A program made the position numbers and the translations under genes. This document shows positions 1 to 13,097 of a stretch of 64,000 nt of DNA, one piece after another. Each line of letters begins with the position of its first letter. Position 1 is the first letter of the stretch. The notes under the pieces were generated by a model that was given only the letters and a program-made list of their open reading frames with translations, was not told the origin of the DNA and ran no database searches. This stretch comes from Octopus sinensis (lineage: Eukaryota): positions 143,964,001-144,028,000 of the forward strand of contig NC_042997.1 of the NCBI RefSeq assembly GCF_006345805.1, written 5' to 3'.

Positions 1-197
1 AAAAGCTGTAGAAACATAGAGCGATTCAGAAACAGATGGAAAACGCAAGGACGAGCGAAAGAAGTATAGAAAGAGAAAGAAAAGGAGAAATATAGAAAGA
101 TAGAGAAAAAGAGGAATAAAGATTGGAAAAGAAATAAGGAAGAAGAGAAAGATAGAACGAGCTAGGAAAAGAAATAGAAGAAAAGAACTAGACTAGC
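1..197. repeat. Purine-rich (A/G) low-complexity tract
   Basis: Almost exclusively A and G, with irregular AGAAA/GAAAT units. Confidence 0.8.
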
Positions 198-357
198 TCA
201 ATACATAATCGATATATTTCCGTTTTCCTTTTTTTTTCTTTTCTTTTCGCATTGCTTTGTTTTTCTTTTAGTATATTTTTTAACATATTCTTGCTTCAAA
301 AAAATATTTCCTGGAACACTTCTTAGAAAATTCGATATATCTTTAAATAGAAGCTTT

Positions 358-378
358 ACACACACACACACACACACG

Positions 379-475
<97 letters not shown>

Positions 476-562
476 GTGTTGTTATTTCTTTTAATTTTAA
501 TTTTCTGACATTTTCTTGCATCTAAAGAATCATTTAATCTTCTGTATTTTTAATATCGATTA

Positions 563-610
<48 letters not shown>
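358..610. repeat. (CA)n microsatellite 358-472 and (TAT)n microsatellite 560-610
   Basis: Direct inspection. The CA tract produces the CVCVCV ORF 198..521. Confidence 0.97.
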
Positions 611-819
611 GGCACAGTGTCAATTTTTGTAAAGAATGCTGCGTTTAAATCCACCCGCCACCCGTGAACAAGTTTTGTTTAGTAACGTATACCATGTTTT
701 CGCTAATTGCTTTAGATGCCTTTGTAATTATGAACAGACACAGACACCCTCTTCCTTCACCCACCCTTTGGCCCAATGTCATATCCAGGATGTGACAGGC
801 GGATGTAAGGAAGAGCTGC

Positions 820-940
820 ATCAGCTTTAGGCTGGTGTTCATTTTTAGCTGAGTAGACAGGAACAATGTGAAATGAAATGCTTCGGTTCTGAAATCGAAC
901 CTACGACATTTTGATCGTTAGTTGAAAATCTTAACGTACC
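820..940 (-). mobile_element. Degenerate tRNA-derived SINE head and central domain
   Basis: The reverse complement has a B-box-like gtaggttcgatttc followed by catttcatttcacattgttcctgtctactcagct, resembling the central domain of other SINEs in the window. Confidence 0.45.
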
Positions 941-1061
941 TTCAAGTTAAATCTATTTCGATTACCTATGAAACCCAGTGTATGGATGAAACACCATGAT
1001 ACCACCAGCGTGATTTGGATTGAAAATATCGAAGAGGAAACTAAATACTGTTAAATATATT

Positions 1062-1288
1062 TATTTCTTTATTGCCGACAGGGGGCTAAACATAGAGGGG
1101 ACAAACAAGGACAGTCAAAGGGATTAAGTCGATTACATCGACCCCAGTGCGTAACTTATTTAATCGACCCAGAAAGGATGAAAGGCAAAGTCGACCACGA
1201 AGGAATTTGAACTCAGAACGTAACGGCAGACGAAATACTGCTAGGCATTTCGCCCGGCGTGCTAGCGATTCTGCCAGCTCACCGCCCT
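1062..1288 (-). mobile_element. tRNA-derived SINE, family A (about 230 bp)
   Basis: Matches copies at 12798, 27934, 40160 and 42865. A-box-like TGGCAGAATCG and B-box-like GAGTTCAAATTCC on the minus strand; A/T-rich tail. Confidence 0.9.
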
Positions 1289-1974
1289 ATTAGCACTCTA
1301 TTGTGATTGCCACAATTCCGTCTGATCTTGGTTACTTGTTGGAGACGTAGTTTGACAGAACTGTTGAGATTCTTAGGTAGAGTATGTGTATCCTACGGGT
1401 ACACATGCGAAATTACAAGATAGAGGTATGCGAAACTTGTATATCACACTCAGAGTTGGCAAATAGTATTTATTTCAAAACCTCGTCAAATATTAATGTT
1501 TAGATGTCTTAACTTCACTTCCGAGTATCAAATAACTTAGCACGTGTGGTACGCTCTACTCGTTTTCCACTGGCCTTGTTTGCATCGGCATCGGTTAGTG
1601 CTAAAAGCCTATCAATCCAGAGTTATCTAATGCACATCAAATAAGCTTCAAGTTAAATTTTATTTTGTAAGCTATTCCATTTGTGAATCGTTAGTTTGGT
1701 TCTGTTTTTCTAGCTAACTTTTATGTTGGTAGCTTCGCTTGGTTGATAATAATGGATTAAGATATATTACAATCTGGTTTTAGTGTGTTTGTACTACATA
1801 TTTCTGTACCATATTTGTACCGTTATTTAGTTTAGCGTATCTGTGCCATATATTCATATTTGATATACACTTATATAAGGAGCATGTTTAAATGAATGTA
1901 TATATTTGATTGTATATATATATATATATATATAACAGAGCAAAGTTAGGGGTTACCGCAGCATGAATAAAAAT

Positions 1975-2482
1975 ATAAGGGAAAGAATCTGAAAATGCAG
2001 GTGTCTTTTAAAAGTATTTATCAACTTAACCGGTTTCATTTATTTGAAAAGATTTTTTAAAGTAAGCTATGAGGTTTTGTGTATCCTCTCTGGTGACTAA
2101 AATTAGTTTACATAAAATCATTCAGATCAGGAAATAAAAGTTTTTACAATGATAAGGAGATAAAAATTAGTTTACATAAATATATCCAAATCAAGAAGAG
2201 AAAACGTGTCAGGTTTGTCAGTTAGTGGGCGCTAATTTTTAGTCTCACTGTGATCAGAAACCATAATTATTTGCACCATCTTAAATTGAAAAAAAAATGA
2301 GTAGAGAAATAACAGACCGTTTACAGTTATCGGATATGGCTGTGTGGTCTCACATCTGGAGACACCACAGAGGATAAACAAAGCCACATACTTTACTTTT
2401 CAAAATCTTTTCAAATAGGTGAAACCGGTTAAGTTAATAAATACTTTTTAAAGACACCTGCATTTTCAAATTCTTTTCTTTG

Positions 2483-2485
<3 letters not shown>
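1975..2485. mobile_element. Inverted pair of Penelope-like 3' ends (MITE-like structure, about 120-bp inverted arms)
   Basis: 1978-2097 is the reverse complement of 2361-2481. The same sequence is the terminal direct repeat of the PLE at 54035-54200 and 59023-59172. Confidence 0.75.
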
Positions 2486-2529
<44 letters not shown>

Positions 2530-2544
2530 TGAACTCATATTTAA

Positions 2545-2755
2545 TAAACAAAGTCATTTGACGTGTTGCTCTGCGTTGAAATAATGAAATAATGCTTTCA
2601 ATATGTACTTCATCAAATCGCCATTGCGCATAGAGATGTAGCAGTGCACCATACGTCAGATGTCGAAATGATTGGAAAGCAACGTGAAACTCAAAAACAC
2701 AACACGCTGTCTGGTTAGTGAATCGAACCCACAATCTAATAATTAGGCCACGCAT
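2545..2755 (-). mobile_element. Degenerate SINE, family D
   Basis: The reverse complement aligns with 7620-7880 (ttcgaca(t/c)ctga...gatttgatgaag) and carries a B-box-like ggttcgattc. Confidence 0.55.
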
Positions 2756-4106
2756 CTTCTATATATTCAATCACTATAAATGACTTGCTCCATGTAGAAG
2801 TAAACACTATAGACAGAGTGTTAAAATAAAATAAAGCATAGAAGGGTTGTTCCTTTGGCGTATTTATTTTTAAAAGGCCTAACATTAGAAACAATTGTAT
2901 TTTAGTTTCAATGTTGAAAATAATTGACCAATACATTTAAAAATTTCGCGATGCAACAATTAAAACTGTGAGCATTTTTTGTCACATGCATTGATACCAG
3001 CAACCACTTGTGGTGAATAAATGAAAAGCATTTCTGTGTTACTAAACGGTTTCTGCAGCGGTTTTGTCATATTTCAGACAACAGGCTTTATCTTTCTGCC
3101 AGCTAGCTCATCTACAATTATCTATTTAGTCAGAGAATGAACCTTTGAAGAATTTGGTGATGCAGCTTGTATAATGCTTCTAACCATTGTTTAAGAATGA
3201 AAACGTTATCTGCTAGTGAATGTTTTCCACGTTAGGCTTGGATATAGTCCACATATGACAAACCAATCTAGTATGTCAATTTAGCCTTACTCTTTTAAAT
3301 ACAACGGTTATTGGTTTTCTATAGAACCTCAACAACTGTAGAGTATAAGATCAACTATGGGGTCTCTTACAAAGGATTTTCCATAACGCAGGACTTTTAG
3401 TGAGAATCTCAGTGTTTATGGTATATTTTATTGTAGATGTTTGTACAGTGTTCCTTTAAGATTATATTCCACCCACATGCATTACGTTTGAACTTTTTCT
3501 TTCTATTCGAGTTCTTAGAGCAAAATAACATAACATCTTTCCGAAAATTAGCACTTTCTCAGAGGTATTTTTCTTTGATACTCTGGTATACATACATCTT
3601 GTAGATTACGTGCATACTTATAGTTAACGATAGCCTGTTAATATAGCAGCTTCTGATAACGAATCCATTCACTCAGAGCTTTTGAGTTCACGTTTTAAAG
3701 TTATTAATATTCCCTCAAAAGTTTGGAATGTAGAATCCCCATTATATTTCCATTTTTTTTTTCTTTTTCATAAAATATAGTTTGCGTTGCTTATATTTAT
3801 TTACCAGTTTTAACATTTCTGTTTTATTTATTATTATCCACCTGGGTGGTTTCCGCTTCGAATAATTTCTTTACCACATGCACTGCAGGTATCTCTTAGA
3901 TGTTCTTTCAAACGATAGCAGCTGCATACAATCATTTATTGTTCGGTAGTTGCTATCACATATTTCAGAAAGTCCCTGGTGATTATCATAAATCACTTTT
4001 TAACATGAGAGGGTTGATTTTTCATCTTACATACACATTTTCATCAAAAGTATATGCAGTCTAAAGATAACTGAAAGGAAAATTTACCTCAAACTGCAGT
4101 TTAAAC

Positions 4107-4154
<48 letters not shown>

Positions 4155-4164
4155 TAGTAAAAGA

Positions 4165-4904
4165 GTAAAAGAGTATATATATATTCTTTTATTCTTTTAT
4201 TTGTTTCATTCATTTGACAGCGGCCATGCTGGAGCACCGCCTTTAGTCGAGCAAATCGACCCCAGGACTTATTCTTTGTAAGCCTAGTACTTATTCTATC
4301 GGTCTCACTTGCCGAACCGCTAAGTGACGAGGATGTAAACACACCAGCATCGGCTCTCAAGCGATGTTGGGAGGTGGGGGCGACAAACGCAGACACACAA
4401 ACATATACATACGTACATATATATATATGTATAAAAATTATATATAAAAATACAAAATGGGACAAGAACGCAAAACACACAAAGAGACGACACAAAAAAC
4501 GGACGGGTCATTCGAAGCCTCTAATCTTCAGTCAGGAACCAGATCATCCTCGCAATTTCGGCTGATTAATCCTGAGATCGCTCCGGTCCGGCCAGCCCCA
4601 AGGAAAAACTAAGCTACGAGCATTAGATTTCTTGGAAAAAGGATCGAATGTATACGAAACAAGGACAGAAAAACGGACGATGCCACACGAATATAAATAC
4701 AAAAAACAAAAATAAAAGACAAGAATAGTAATAACAGGACAAAAACGACGGGCTTCTTTCAGTTTCCGTCTACCAAATCCACTCACAGGGCGTTGGTCGG
4801 TCCGAAGCTATAGTAGAAGACACTTGCCCAAGGTTCCACACAGTGGGACTAAATCGGAATCATGTGGTTGTAAGCAAGCTACTTACCACACAGCTACTCC
4901 TGCA

Positions 4905-4905
<1 letters not shown>
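4165..4905 (-). mobile_element. tRNA-derived SINE, family B, interrupted by a roughly 300-bp insertion
   Basis: Both halves match the uninterrupted copies at 6277-6760 and 35885-36295. A-box TGGCTGTGTGG-like and B-box-like motifs lie at the head near 4840-4900. Confidence 0.9.
4445..4745 (-). mobile_element. Probable Penelope-like 3'-end fragment inserted in the internal microsatellite of a family-B SINE
   Basis: Absent from other family-B copies. A-rich on the plus strand like other PLE ends, with CTGAAGA...GAAT-GAC-CC-GTC on the minus strand. Confidence 0.45.
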
Positions 4906-5001
<96 letters not shown>

Positions 5002-5014
5002 TATTAAAATTATA

Positions 5015-5350
5015 ATTAAGGGTATCTAAGAGATACCTCCACGCTGGAAATAGCAGCCAAAACTTAACTCTATAACCACATTAAATATATATATAGTCTG
5101 CAGTTCTCTTGCCCGATTGGTTTTTATACAATAATATATAAAATGTTATATTGCCTAGATCGTTGTCGGCCTAGATTGGGCATGCTAAGCTCAAGGCTCA
5201 AGGATTTCCCTTACCATCATCACCACGTTTTGCTTCCAGAAACAGTGTATCTATGACTACCTTATTCAATGTATTAATTTTCTTTTCACGATGGGTATAA
5301 TTTGCTGAAAATCTGGCTGCTATTTCCAAAAGATTCCATTGAGACTCCTT
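5015..5350. mobile_element. Short non-autonomous repeat with partial inverted arms
   Basis: The left arm taagggtatctaagagata...gaaatagcagccaaaac (5017-5068) matches the palindromic element at 22544-22676. A partial right arm tggctgctatttcc lies at about 5314-5327. Confidence 0.5.
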
Positions 5351-5594
5351 CAAGCTTCAGATATCACATTTTTTTTTAAAGATATGAGTGTAAAGTGATA
5401 ATGTTGATGGCATCAGTGGTGTAAGTGGTTTTGTGTAAATTTTTACCACTCATTTTGTGTATCTTAAAATTCATTTCACATTACAATTATTCAGATACGC
5501 ACTCTGCATAAAAAACCCCAGTTAAATTAGTGTTAACAAATTTAATGCAAGGAGCATATATGCAGTGAATATAAAATGTCAGTCATACGTACAT

Positions 5595-6100
5595 GTATGG
5601 CAGTGTGATTAAGAAGCTAACTTTGCAACCATGTGGTTTCGGGTTCGGTTCCACTGCGTAGCATCTTGGTCAAGTATCTTCTCGTATAGCTCCGGGTCGA
5701 CCAATACTTTGTGAATGAATTTGGTAAACGGAAACTATGTGGAAGCCCATTGCATACATACTTACATACATTCATAATACATACATACATACAACATACG
5801 TACATACATACATACATACATACATACATACATACATACATACATACATACTACATACATACATACATACATACATACATACATACATTGTGTTTGTATC
5901 CCCCAGTCATTTCCCCATCATCCTACCCCGGTGTGGGTTTGTTTAATTCCCAGAAAATTAGCGGTTCTGCAAAAGAGGCCGAAAGAATAAAAACTAAACT
6001 TATAAATAAGTACTGGGGTTGCTTCGTTCCACTAAAACGCACCAAGATGGCGCTCTAGCATGGCTGCAGTCCAATGACTGAAACTAGTTACATATAAAAG
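5595..6100 (+). mobile_element. Family-B SINE (diverged) with an internal (CATA)n expansion
   Basis: Head tggcagtgtgattaagaagct...gggttcggttcc, internal (CATA)n at 5750-5885, and 3' half ending gcagtccaatgactgaaac. Confidence 0.8.
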
Positions 6101-6276
6101 ATAATAAATATCATAGACAGTATTATTTTCGTTTTTCAGTCACTACAGAGAAAACATCGGTTATATTTCCACTTATTCCGATTTAATTAATGAAACACAC
6201 AAACATAATTTTGTCATGTTAGTTTTGTAAAATAGCAAAACATCTGACGATCTTCTCAACGGATTCCATAGATATA

Positions 6277-6511
6277 TTCTTTTATTTGTTTCAGTCGTTT
6301 GACTGCAGACATGCTGGAGCACTGCTTTTAGACGAGCAAACCGACTCCAGGACTTATTCTTTTAAAGCCTAGTACTTATTAAATCGGACTCTTTTGTAGA
6401 ATCGCTAAGTTACGGGGATGTAAACACACCAGCATCAGTTGTTAAGCGATGGTGGTGGTGGTGGTTGAGGGGGGGGGAACAAACACAGACACACAAACAT
6501 ATACAGACATG

Positions 6512-6553
<42 letters not shown>

Positions 6554-6760
6554 AGTATGTATATATATATGTGTGTGTGTGTGTATGTATGTATGTATAC
6601 GACGGGCTTCTTTCAGTTTCCATCTACCAAATTCACTAACAAGGCTTCGGTCATCCCGAGGCTATAGTAGAAGACAGTTGCCCAAAGTGCCACGCAGTGG
6701 AACTGAACCCGGAACCATGTGGTTGGGGAAGCAAGCTACATACCACACAGCCACTCCTAT
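6277..6760 (-). mobile_element. Family-B SINE, full length
   Basis: Colinear with the copy at 35885-36295. Confidence 0.9.
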
Positions 6761-6769
6761 GTCTATAGC

Positions 6770-7380
6770 TACTTACTACACTACCACTCCTGCGCCTACC
6801 TCACGCTTGCATCCCTCACCCTCGCATTCCCCAAACCACAAAACCACCACTTCACACACCACCACACCACTCACCACCACCACACTACAACACGCCACAC
6901 ATCACCACACAACCACACCACACCATCACACCACAACACCACACAACACACCACACGTCAAGGTCACCAGCCCCACATCACACACATACACCACTACTTT
7001 ATTATCTCCCCTTCTTCTTAGTTCTCCTGTCTGACCACCTCTGCCCTGCCATCATCATGATTGACCGCTAGCTTCCTTTTTTTATTCTCTCTCTGTTTAT
7101 TTTCTCGTGTTCATTTCTGTTGAAGAGCATAGGCTCGAAACGTGAAAGACTTTCTCACCTTCCCGAGCGTTAAACTAATACACGTGTTTGTTGTTTAAAC
7201 ACCTGTCTTCGTCTTTTGTTTTTTGAAAATTCCAGCTATAAGGGATATATTCCTTGTGTTGTATGTCTTGTACTCTGTTCTTTCGTTGTTTGAAAAATAG
7301 TTCGTTTCCATGTTTTTGTTTTTTGTTTTTATGTTTTCTTTTCTCATTGTGTTCAATGTTGTTTTGATGCCCTGTACCCA
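6770..7380 (+). mobile_element. Penelope-like 3'-end fragment: (CAC)-rich tract, hammerhead-like motif, T-rich end abutting (TA)n
   Basis: ctgttgaagagcataggctcgaaacg...gagcgttaaactaatacac is shared with 34190-34380 (minus). It ends at the (TA)n array starting about 7380. Confidence 0.6.
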
Positions 7381-7433
7381 TATATGCATGTATATATGCA
7401 TATATTTATATATTATTTATATTATTATATCTA

Positions 7434-7504
<71 letters not shown>

Positions 7505-7521
7505 ATACATATATATATATT

Positions 7522-7554
<33 letters not shown>

Positions 7555-7555
7555 G
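7380..7555. repeat. (TA)n microsatellite
   Basis: Direct inspection. Confidence 0.97.
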
Positions 7556-7619
7556 GTGAAATCTACAAGTTTTTTTCATTCTCTCTGTTTATTGTCTCTT
7601 ATTCCTTTCCATATATATG

Positions 7620-7880
7620 GATTATGTGGCCTAGTGGTTAGTTTGTTGAACTCACGATCTCGAGATCGTAGTTTCACTTCCTACTTCGGGTGGTTCGTTG
7701 TGCTCTTGAGCAAAACACTTCATCTCATGTTGATTTGCTATCACTTCGACACCTGATGCGCAGTACACCGTGCACCTGTTCAGACAACGCCGATTTGATG
7801 AAGGGTATGAGCTATACATTTGATCATTAAACTAACCGTTTGTGCAGCTCGGACGTTGCTTTCGACACGAGAGTCAAATG
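7620..7880 (+). mobile_element. tRNA-derived SINE, family D
   Basis: A-box TGGCCTAGTGG, degenerate B-box, and central gttgtgctcttgagcaaaacacttcatctc domain. Confidence 0.7.
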
Positions 7881-8697
7881 TGTGTGTATGTATATATATA
7901 TTGTACTGTTTCGTAGTGGTAAGATCAATAAAAAAATTACTCCACCCGGTGAGAGATAAATAATATTTTTTAAACACAGTATATATTTTTATGTACTACT
8001 AACAGTTTCATGCAATGAAAATTACCCAGACAGCATTTTATAACATTCAATCCTCAGAAAATCTATAGAGATAAACTTAAAAACTTATAAAATTCATGTT
8101 AACTGGGACTTTAAGTTTTGCCTCTCAGCTTATTCAATCAAGGAAGTAAAAGTCACTTTGGAGATAGTATGGGAAGACAAAAGGAAAGCTTCATTAATGA
8201 AGGAGATGTAAGGATAGTAATCTATGTTTTCTGTTAAATTAACAATGAAAGTGGATTGTTTTATATTTATCGCCGATGGAAATCTAAACAATTCGTGCGA
8301 AGGACAGAAGCAACAAATATAAAGGTAGATGCTAATAGTGAGCAGCTGATAAAGATTGTATGATAAAGGAGGAAAAGATAAATATATAAAGTCTAATGAA
8401 ATTAGTAAAGAATAACAAATAATATAAAAAATGTAAATAAATGAAAATATTATGAATAATTAATGGACATTTAAAAGGTATGAAAGAAAAAGTTAAATGA
8501 ATACAGGTCAGTATTCGGTCAAGCGTGAAAATGAATTGGAAAGGCATTCAATTTGGTTAGAAGAAGTGATTAAATAGAAAGTTAAAATGTTTTATATTTA
8601 AAGTGAGTGAGGGTGTAAGCTAAATCATATAGGAAATATAAACGCGTTTGTATGTGTATTTGTATATATGCGCGTATATACATATTTGCGTGCGTAC

Positions 8698-8740
<43 letters not shown>

Positions 8741-8934
8741 GTTTGTGTGGATGAGTGATGTTTACATATACAGACTGCATTCAATGCTTAATTAGTATAA
8801 TTTCAGTTTATATTTTTCTTAAAAATAATTATTTTATTTATCTATTTTTGGTTTCTTATTAATTTAATATCTACGTTTTAAGAATTTATAACGTATATGT
8901 TCAAACCAATATAACAATGTAAAAGTTACAGCTG

Positions 8935-9785
<851 letters not shown>

Positions 9786-10329
9786 CTTAAGCTAGCTTCA
9801 CTGAGTACTATATAAATTCGAAGTGCTATAAGCGTAAATAAGTAAATAAGTATGGTACTGTATAATTTGTGTAAATGAAAAAGGAGACACACAGACATAC
9901 ACACATAGTAATATTTTTGGTAATTTGAGAAAAATTTAGAAATGTTCGTTGAAATATTTAAGTGTTTGAACCGGAAAATACGCATAAAAAGCTAAAATGA
10001 AGCTAAGTAAAATAACATTCATTTGGTTATTTCTTGAAAAACACGGTCGTAGTGGTGAGGGTGTTAGTTGTGGTGGCCATGGAAGATCACCGTCTTTCGG
10101 CGATAAGAATTCAGATGTTCGATCAATCGAATTACCTGCTCATGTATTAATGTGTCAGTGGCTGAGTATTCCGCAGAATTGTGTATCATTACTGTAAGAA
10201 AATAAAAGTGCTTGTTATCAGGCAGGCAATGATAAAGTGGATTGACTACCGAAGAATGCAAACTGCAGCACATCGGTATTAGGTTAACTAAATATTCTAG
10301 ACAGACTCCGTAAGAGATAACTTGAAAGT

Positions 10330-10575
10330 CATTGCTGAAATTTAATTGATTGTTGAATAACGAAATATATAATTTAAAGAGGTTATTCAGAGAACCGCTG
10401 CAATTTGAAACTTCCGATATTAACAGTAGTAACGGTTTAGAAAACTCTGTATTTTCGGCTCAAGGATATTCCCTGGTTAAGAGAAAACCTGAAAAAGTAC
10501 ACAGGCAAGGGTCTTCATTCAGCTTCAAAACGAAATTCTTGATGTTATGTCTGAGGTTTCGTTATGCGGCTTAAC
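10330..10575 (+). pseudogene. hAT-like transposase fragment (DUF4371/ZMYM-type region), frameshifted
   Basis: Translations in shifted frames give WLRENLKKYT and QLQNEILDVMSE, resembling the WL..KYTS..IQNEIL motif of hAT transposases. Confidence 0.5.
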
Positions 10576-11192
10576 AAACGCTGGAAAAAAACGATGAGGC
10601 ATGATATCTCTGTCATTGCTGACGGTAACTAGAACCATAGCAGTGCTGGGAACTTAGTATGCATGAACGTTGGAACCTCATTTGGGTCTCAGCATAACCA
10701 TCCTTCGGTTTCCCTTTCAGTCCTTTCTCACCGGAGAAAAAACCCAAAGTATTCTAGCCTCTTGCTGTTTTAACCTGTTTAGCAAGGGCTTTGCACGGAT
10801 CGAACGATCCTCTATTGTCCCATCCCACACAAACTTACCACTCCGCATCATATACGACTTATACTGGAGGATGCTCTCATAAACAATTCTTCTGATGGTG
10901 CATTCTGAAACATTGAGGTCCTTTGCAATGGCTCTGACTGACTTCCAGGGAATTTTTCGATAGTTTAATGGATCTTTTGTTTAAAGCTATGTGTTCTGAT
11001 AATATTAGGATCTTGTTCATGTATTTTGTGTTTAGCTGCTGATGTTGGATCCCCGTTATTAGTTCCCAGCACCTTTCGAACTTTGACAACAAAGGATCGG
11101 TCAACTTTCAGGAAGCGAACTATCTCTGTATCACTATGCTGCGCTTTAAGGCAACAATTACTGTCTGCTGTTTCATTTTCTAAGTTAACATG
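10575..11192 (-). pseudogene. Tc1/mariner-superfamily DD37D (maT-type) transposase, N-terminal half, degenerate
   Basis: Manual translation across frameshifts: HSDTEIVRFLKVDRSFVVKVRK, KSVRAIAKDLNVSECTIRRIV..QYKSYMMRSG, IRAKPLLNRLKQQEARILWVFS, EVPTFMHTKFPA, MVLVTVSNDRDIMP. Confidence 0.8.
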
Positions 11193-11449
11193 ATGTTTGA
11201 CATTGTTTCTATGAAAAGTAAGGTAAAAATAAAACTAAGTTAGAAGGAAGAGCTTTTGAAAGAGGTGCCTCATCACAACTGATGAATCTTAGAGAGAGAT
11301 AGAGATAGAGATAGAGAGGGATAGAGAGGATGAGGGAGAGGGAGAGAGAGATTGAAGTTCTCTTCAGTTTCGATCACAAATTTTTTAATTATTTCTTTTT
11401 AACTAAACTGTTTGAAACTTCGTATACTGGTGTAATTTCTCACGTTGAA

Positions 11450-12500
11450 TACGGTTTACATTTGAACATTTTTGACAAAATTTCTTATTTTAGAATTTAT
11501 TTCGTGTTAAAGTTGTCGTATCTGGGTAATTTTACCCAATCAATGACATTTCTTCAGCTGAAGAAAGTTACTACTGTTTGCGGAAGTAATCGAACAGCAA
11601 CAACTTCCGGGTCATCTCTACTAAATGTGACGGCATGCTGAAGTAACCGGAAGTGGTAAAGAGGTTGCCCTAGGCATGAGTGACAAGAGGGACAACTGTG
11701 AGCCTGGTATATGTGTGTGTGCATGTGTGAGTGCGTGTGCATGCGTGCGCGTATGTATGAAACTACTGGGTGCGTGTGTGCTGTGTGTGTTTATAATGTG
11801 TACGCGTCCTTGTTTTTTGTGTGACTATGTATGTGTATCCTTGTCGGAGTGTGTATGAGGCTGTATGGCATATGTGTGTGTGAAAGTGTGTGCGAGTAAA
11901 ATTTATTGTGTGCCTGCCTACTGTGTGATCGTGTGTGTGCGTGTGTGTGTGTTATTTTCTGTTTCTATGTATGTGCATATGAGGTTGTTTTGTATGTCAT
12001 ACTGGAAGGACGTGTAGGTGAAACAGAGGTAGCAGCAGTTGTAGGTGTTGAGAAGTATAGGTGTGTTATATACTATACTGGTTACTATGGATATATCATG
12101 CGGGACTGTAATGAAATATGGGTGCTAGTATGCGTGAAGTGAGAAATAGGTGTGTGTGTCTGTGTGTGTATGTGTGTAAGTGTGTAGGTGTATACGTATT
12201 TAGTTCAAATGTATTAGAGTGTGTGTATGGTGTTGAGTACTTGTGAATAGACCAAGCACCGGCGTGGACAGCTTCGGTGACTGTGGAGGGGAGGTATGCT
12301 CGTTGAATGGAGTGGAGAGCTATGAGTTGGGACTGTGTCTCCAAGTTGTGGTCGTCACTACAGATCCGATGGAGAAGCAGGATCTTAGAGTAAGAGATGG
12401 ACAATCTTTATTGCCTTTAGTTCAAAACTCGATAACGTCGTGTTGCTTCTGCCTGCAACCTATCATTTAGCGGCAATGAAGAACAGGAAAAACTGCTCTT
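11450..12500 (-). mobile_element. Probable Penelope-like 3' fragment with a (CA)-rich internal tract
   Basis: Same layout as 30050-30580: CA-rich tract, then ccacttccggt(t/c)acttcag, then a CTGAAGA motif. Confidence 0.45.
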
Positions 12501-12796
12501 ACAACACGTGTAATTTGAACGACTAATTTCAGATACTTTCGGGTCTTCAGTACTTATTTTCTAAATTTCAGATTTCAAAAAGCTTTTTTCGTTTTAATTA
12601 AAATTTCCATGCTAAAAGTATTAGCAAATGTTTGGTTGAACTTAAATATTTCATGAAAGCAAAATGATTGCGGATACATTCAACTTAGGCTAAACAACTA
12701 TAACAACAATAACAAATAACAACAACAACAACAACAACAGCAACAACATAAAAACGCATATTTTATGCAGTAGTTTCTCAGTATTATTTCATAACT

Positions 12797-13030
12797 TAAG
12801 GCGACGAGCTGGCGGAAACGTTAGCACGCCGGGCGAAATGCGTAGCCGTATTTCGTCAGCCGTTACGTTCTTAGTTCAAATTCCGCCGACGTCGACTTTG
12901 CCTTTCATCCTTTCGGGGTCGATTAAATAAGTACCAGTTACGCACTGTGGTCGATATAATCGATTTAATCCGTTTGTCTGTCCTTCTTTGTCCCCTCTGT
13001 GTGTAGCCCCTTGTGGGCAGTAACAAAATA
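12797..13030 (+). mobile_element. Family-A SINE, full length
   Basis: High similarity to the other family-A copies; A and B boxes present. Confidence 0.92.
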
Positions 13031-13097
13031 AGAATCATTAGCACGCCGGGCAAAATTCTTACCGGTATTTCGTCTATCTTCACATTCTGAGTTCAAA
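13031..13097 (+). mobile_element. Family-A SINE head truncated at the B box and fused to a LINE
   Basis: cattagcacgccgggcaaaa...tctgagttcaaa runs directly into R4/Dong sequence. Confidence 0.75.

Noticed and set aside
3000-3760. Possible ancient CR1/L2 RT remnant on the minus strand (LKRELKALSEWIR)
   Set aside because: A single weak motif, and the other frames are full of stops; not supportable without a profile search.
6573-7034. 153-aa Thr/His-rich mucin-like ORF
   Set aside because: It reads through a SINE head and a (CAC)-rich low-complexity tract of a PLE end.
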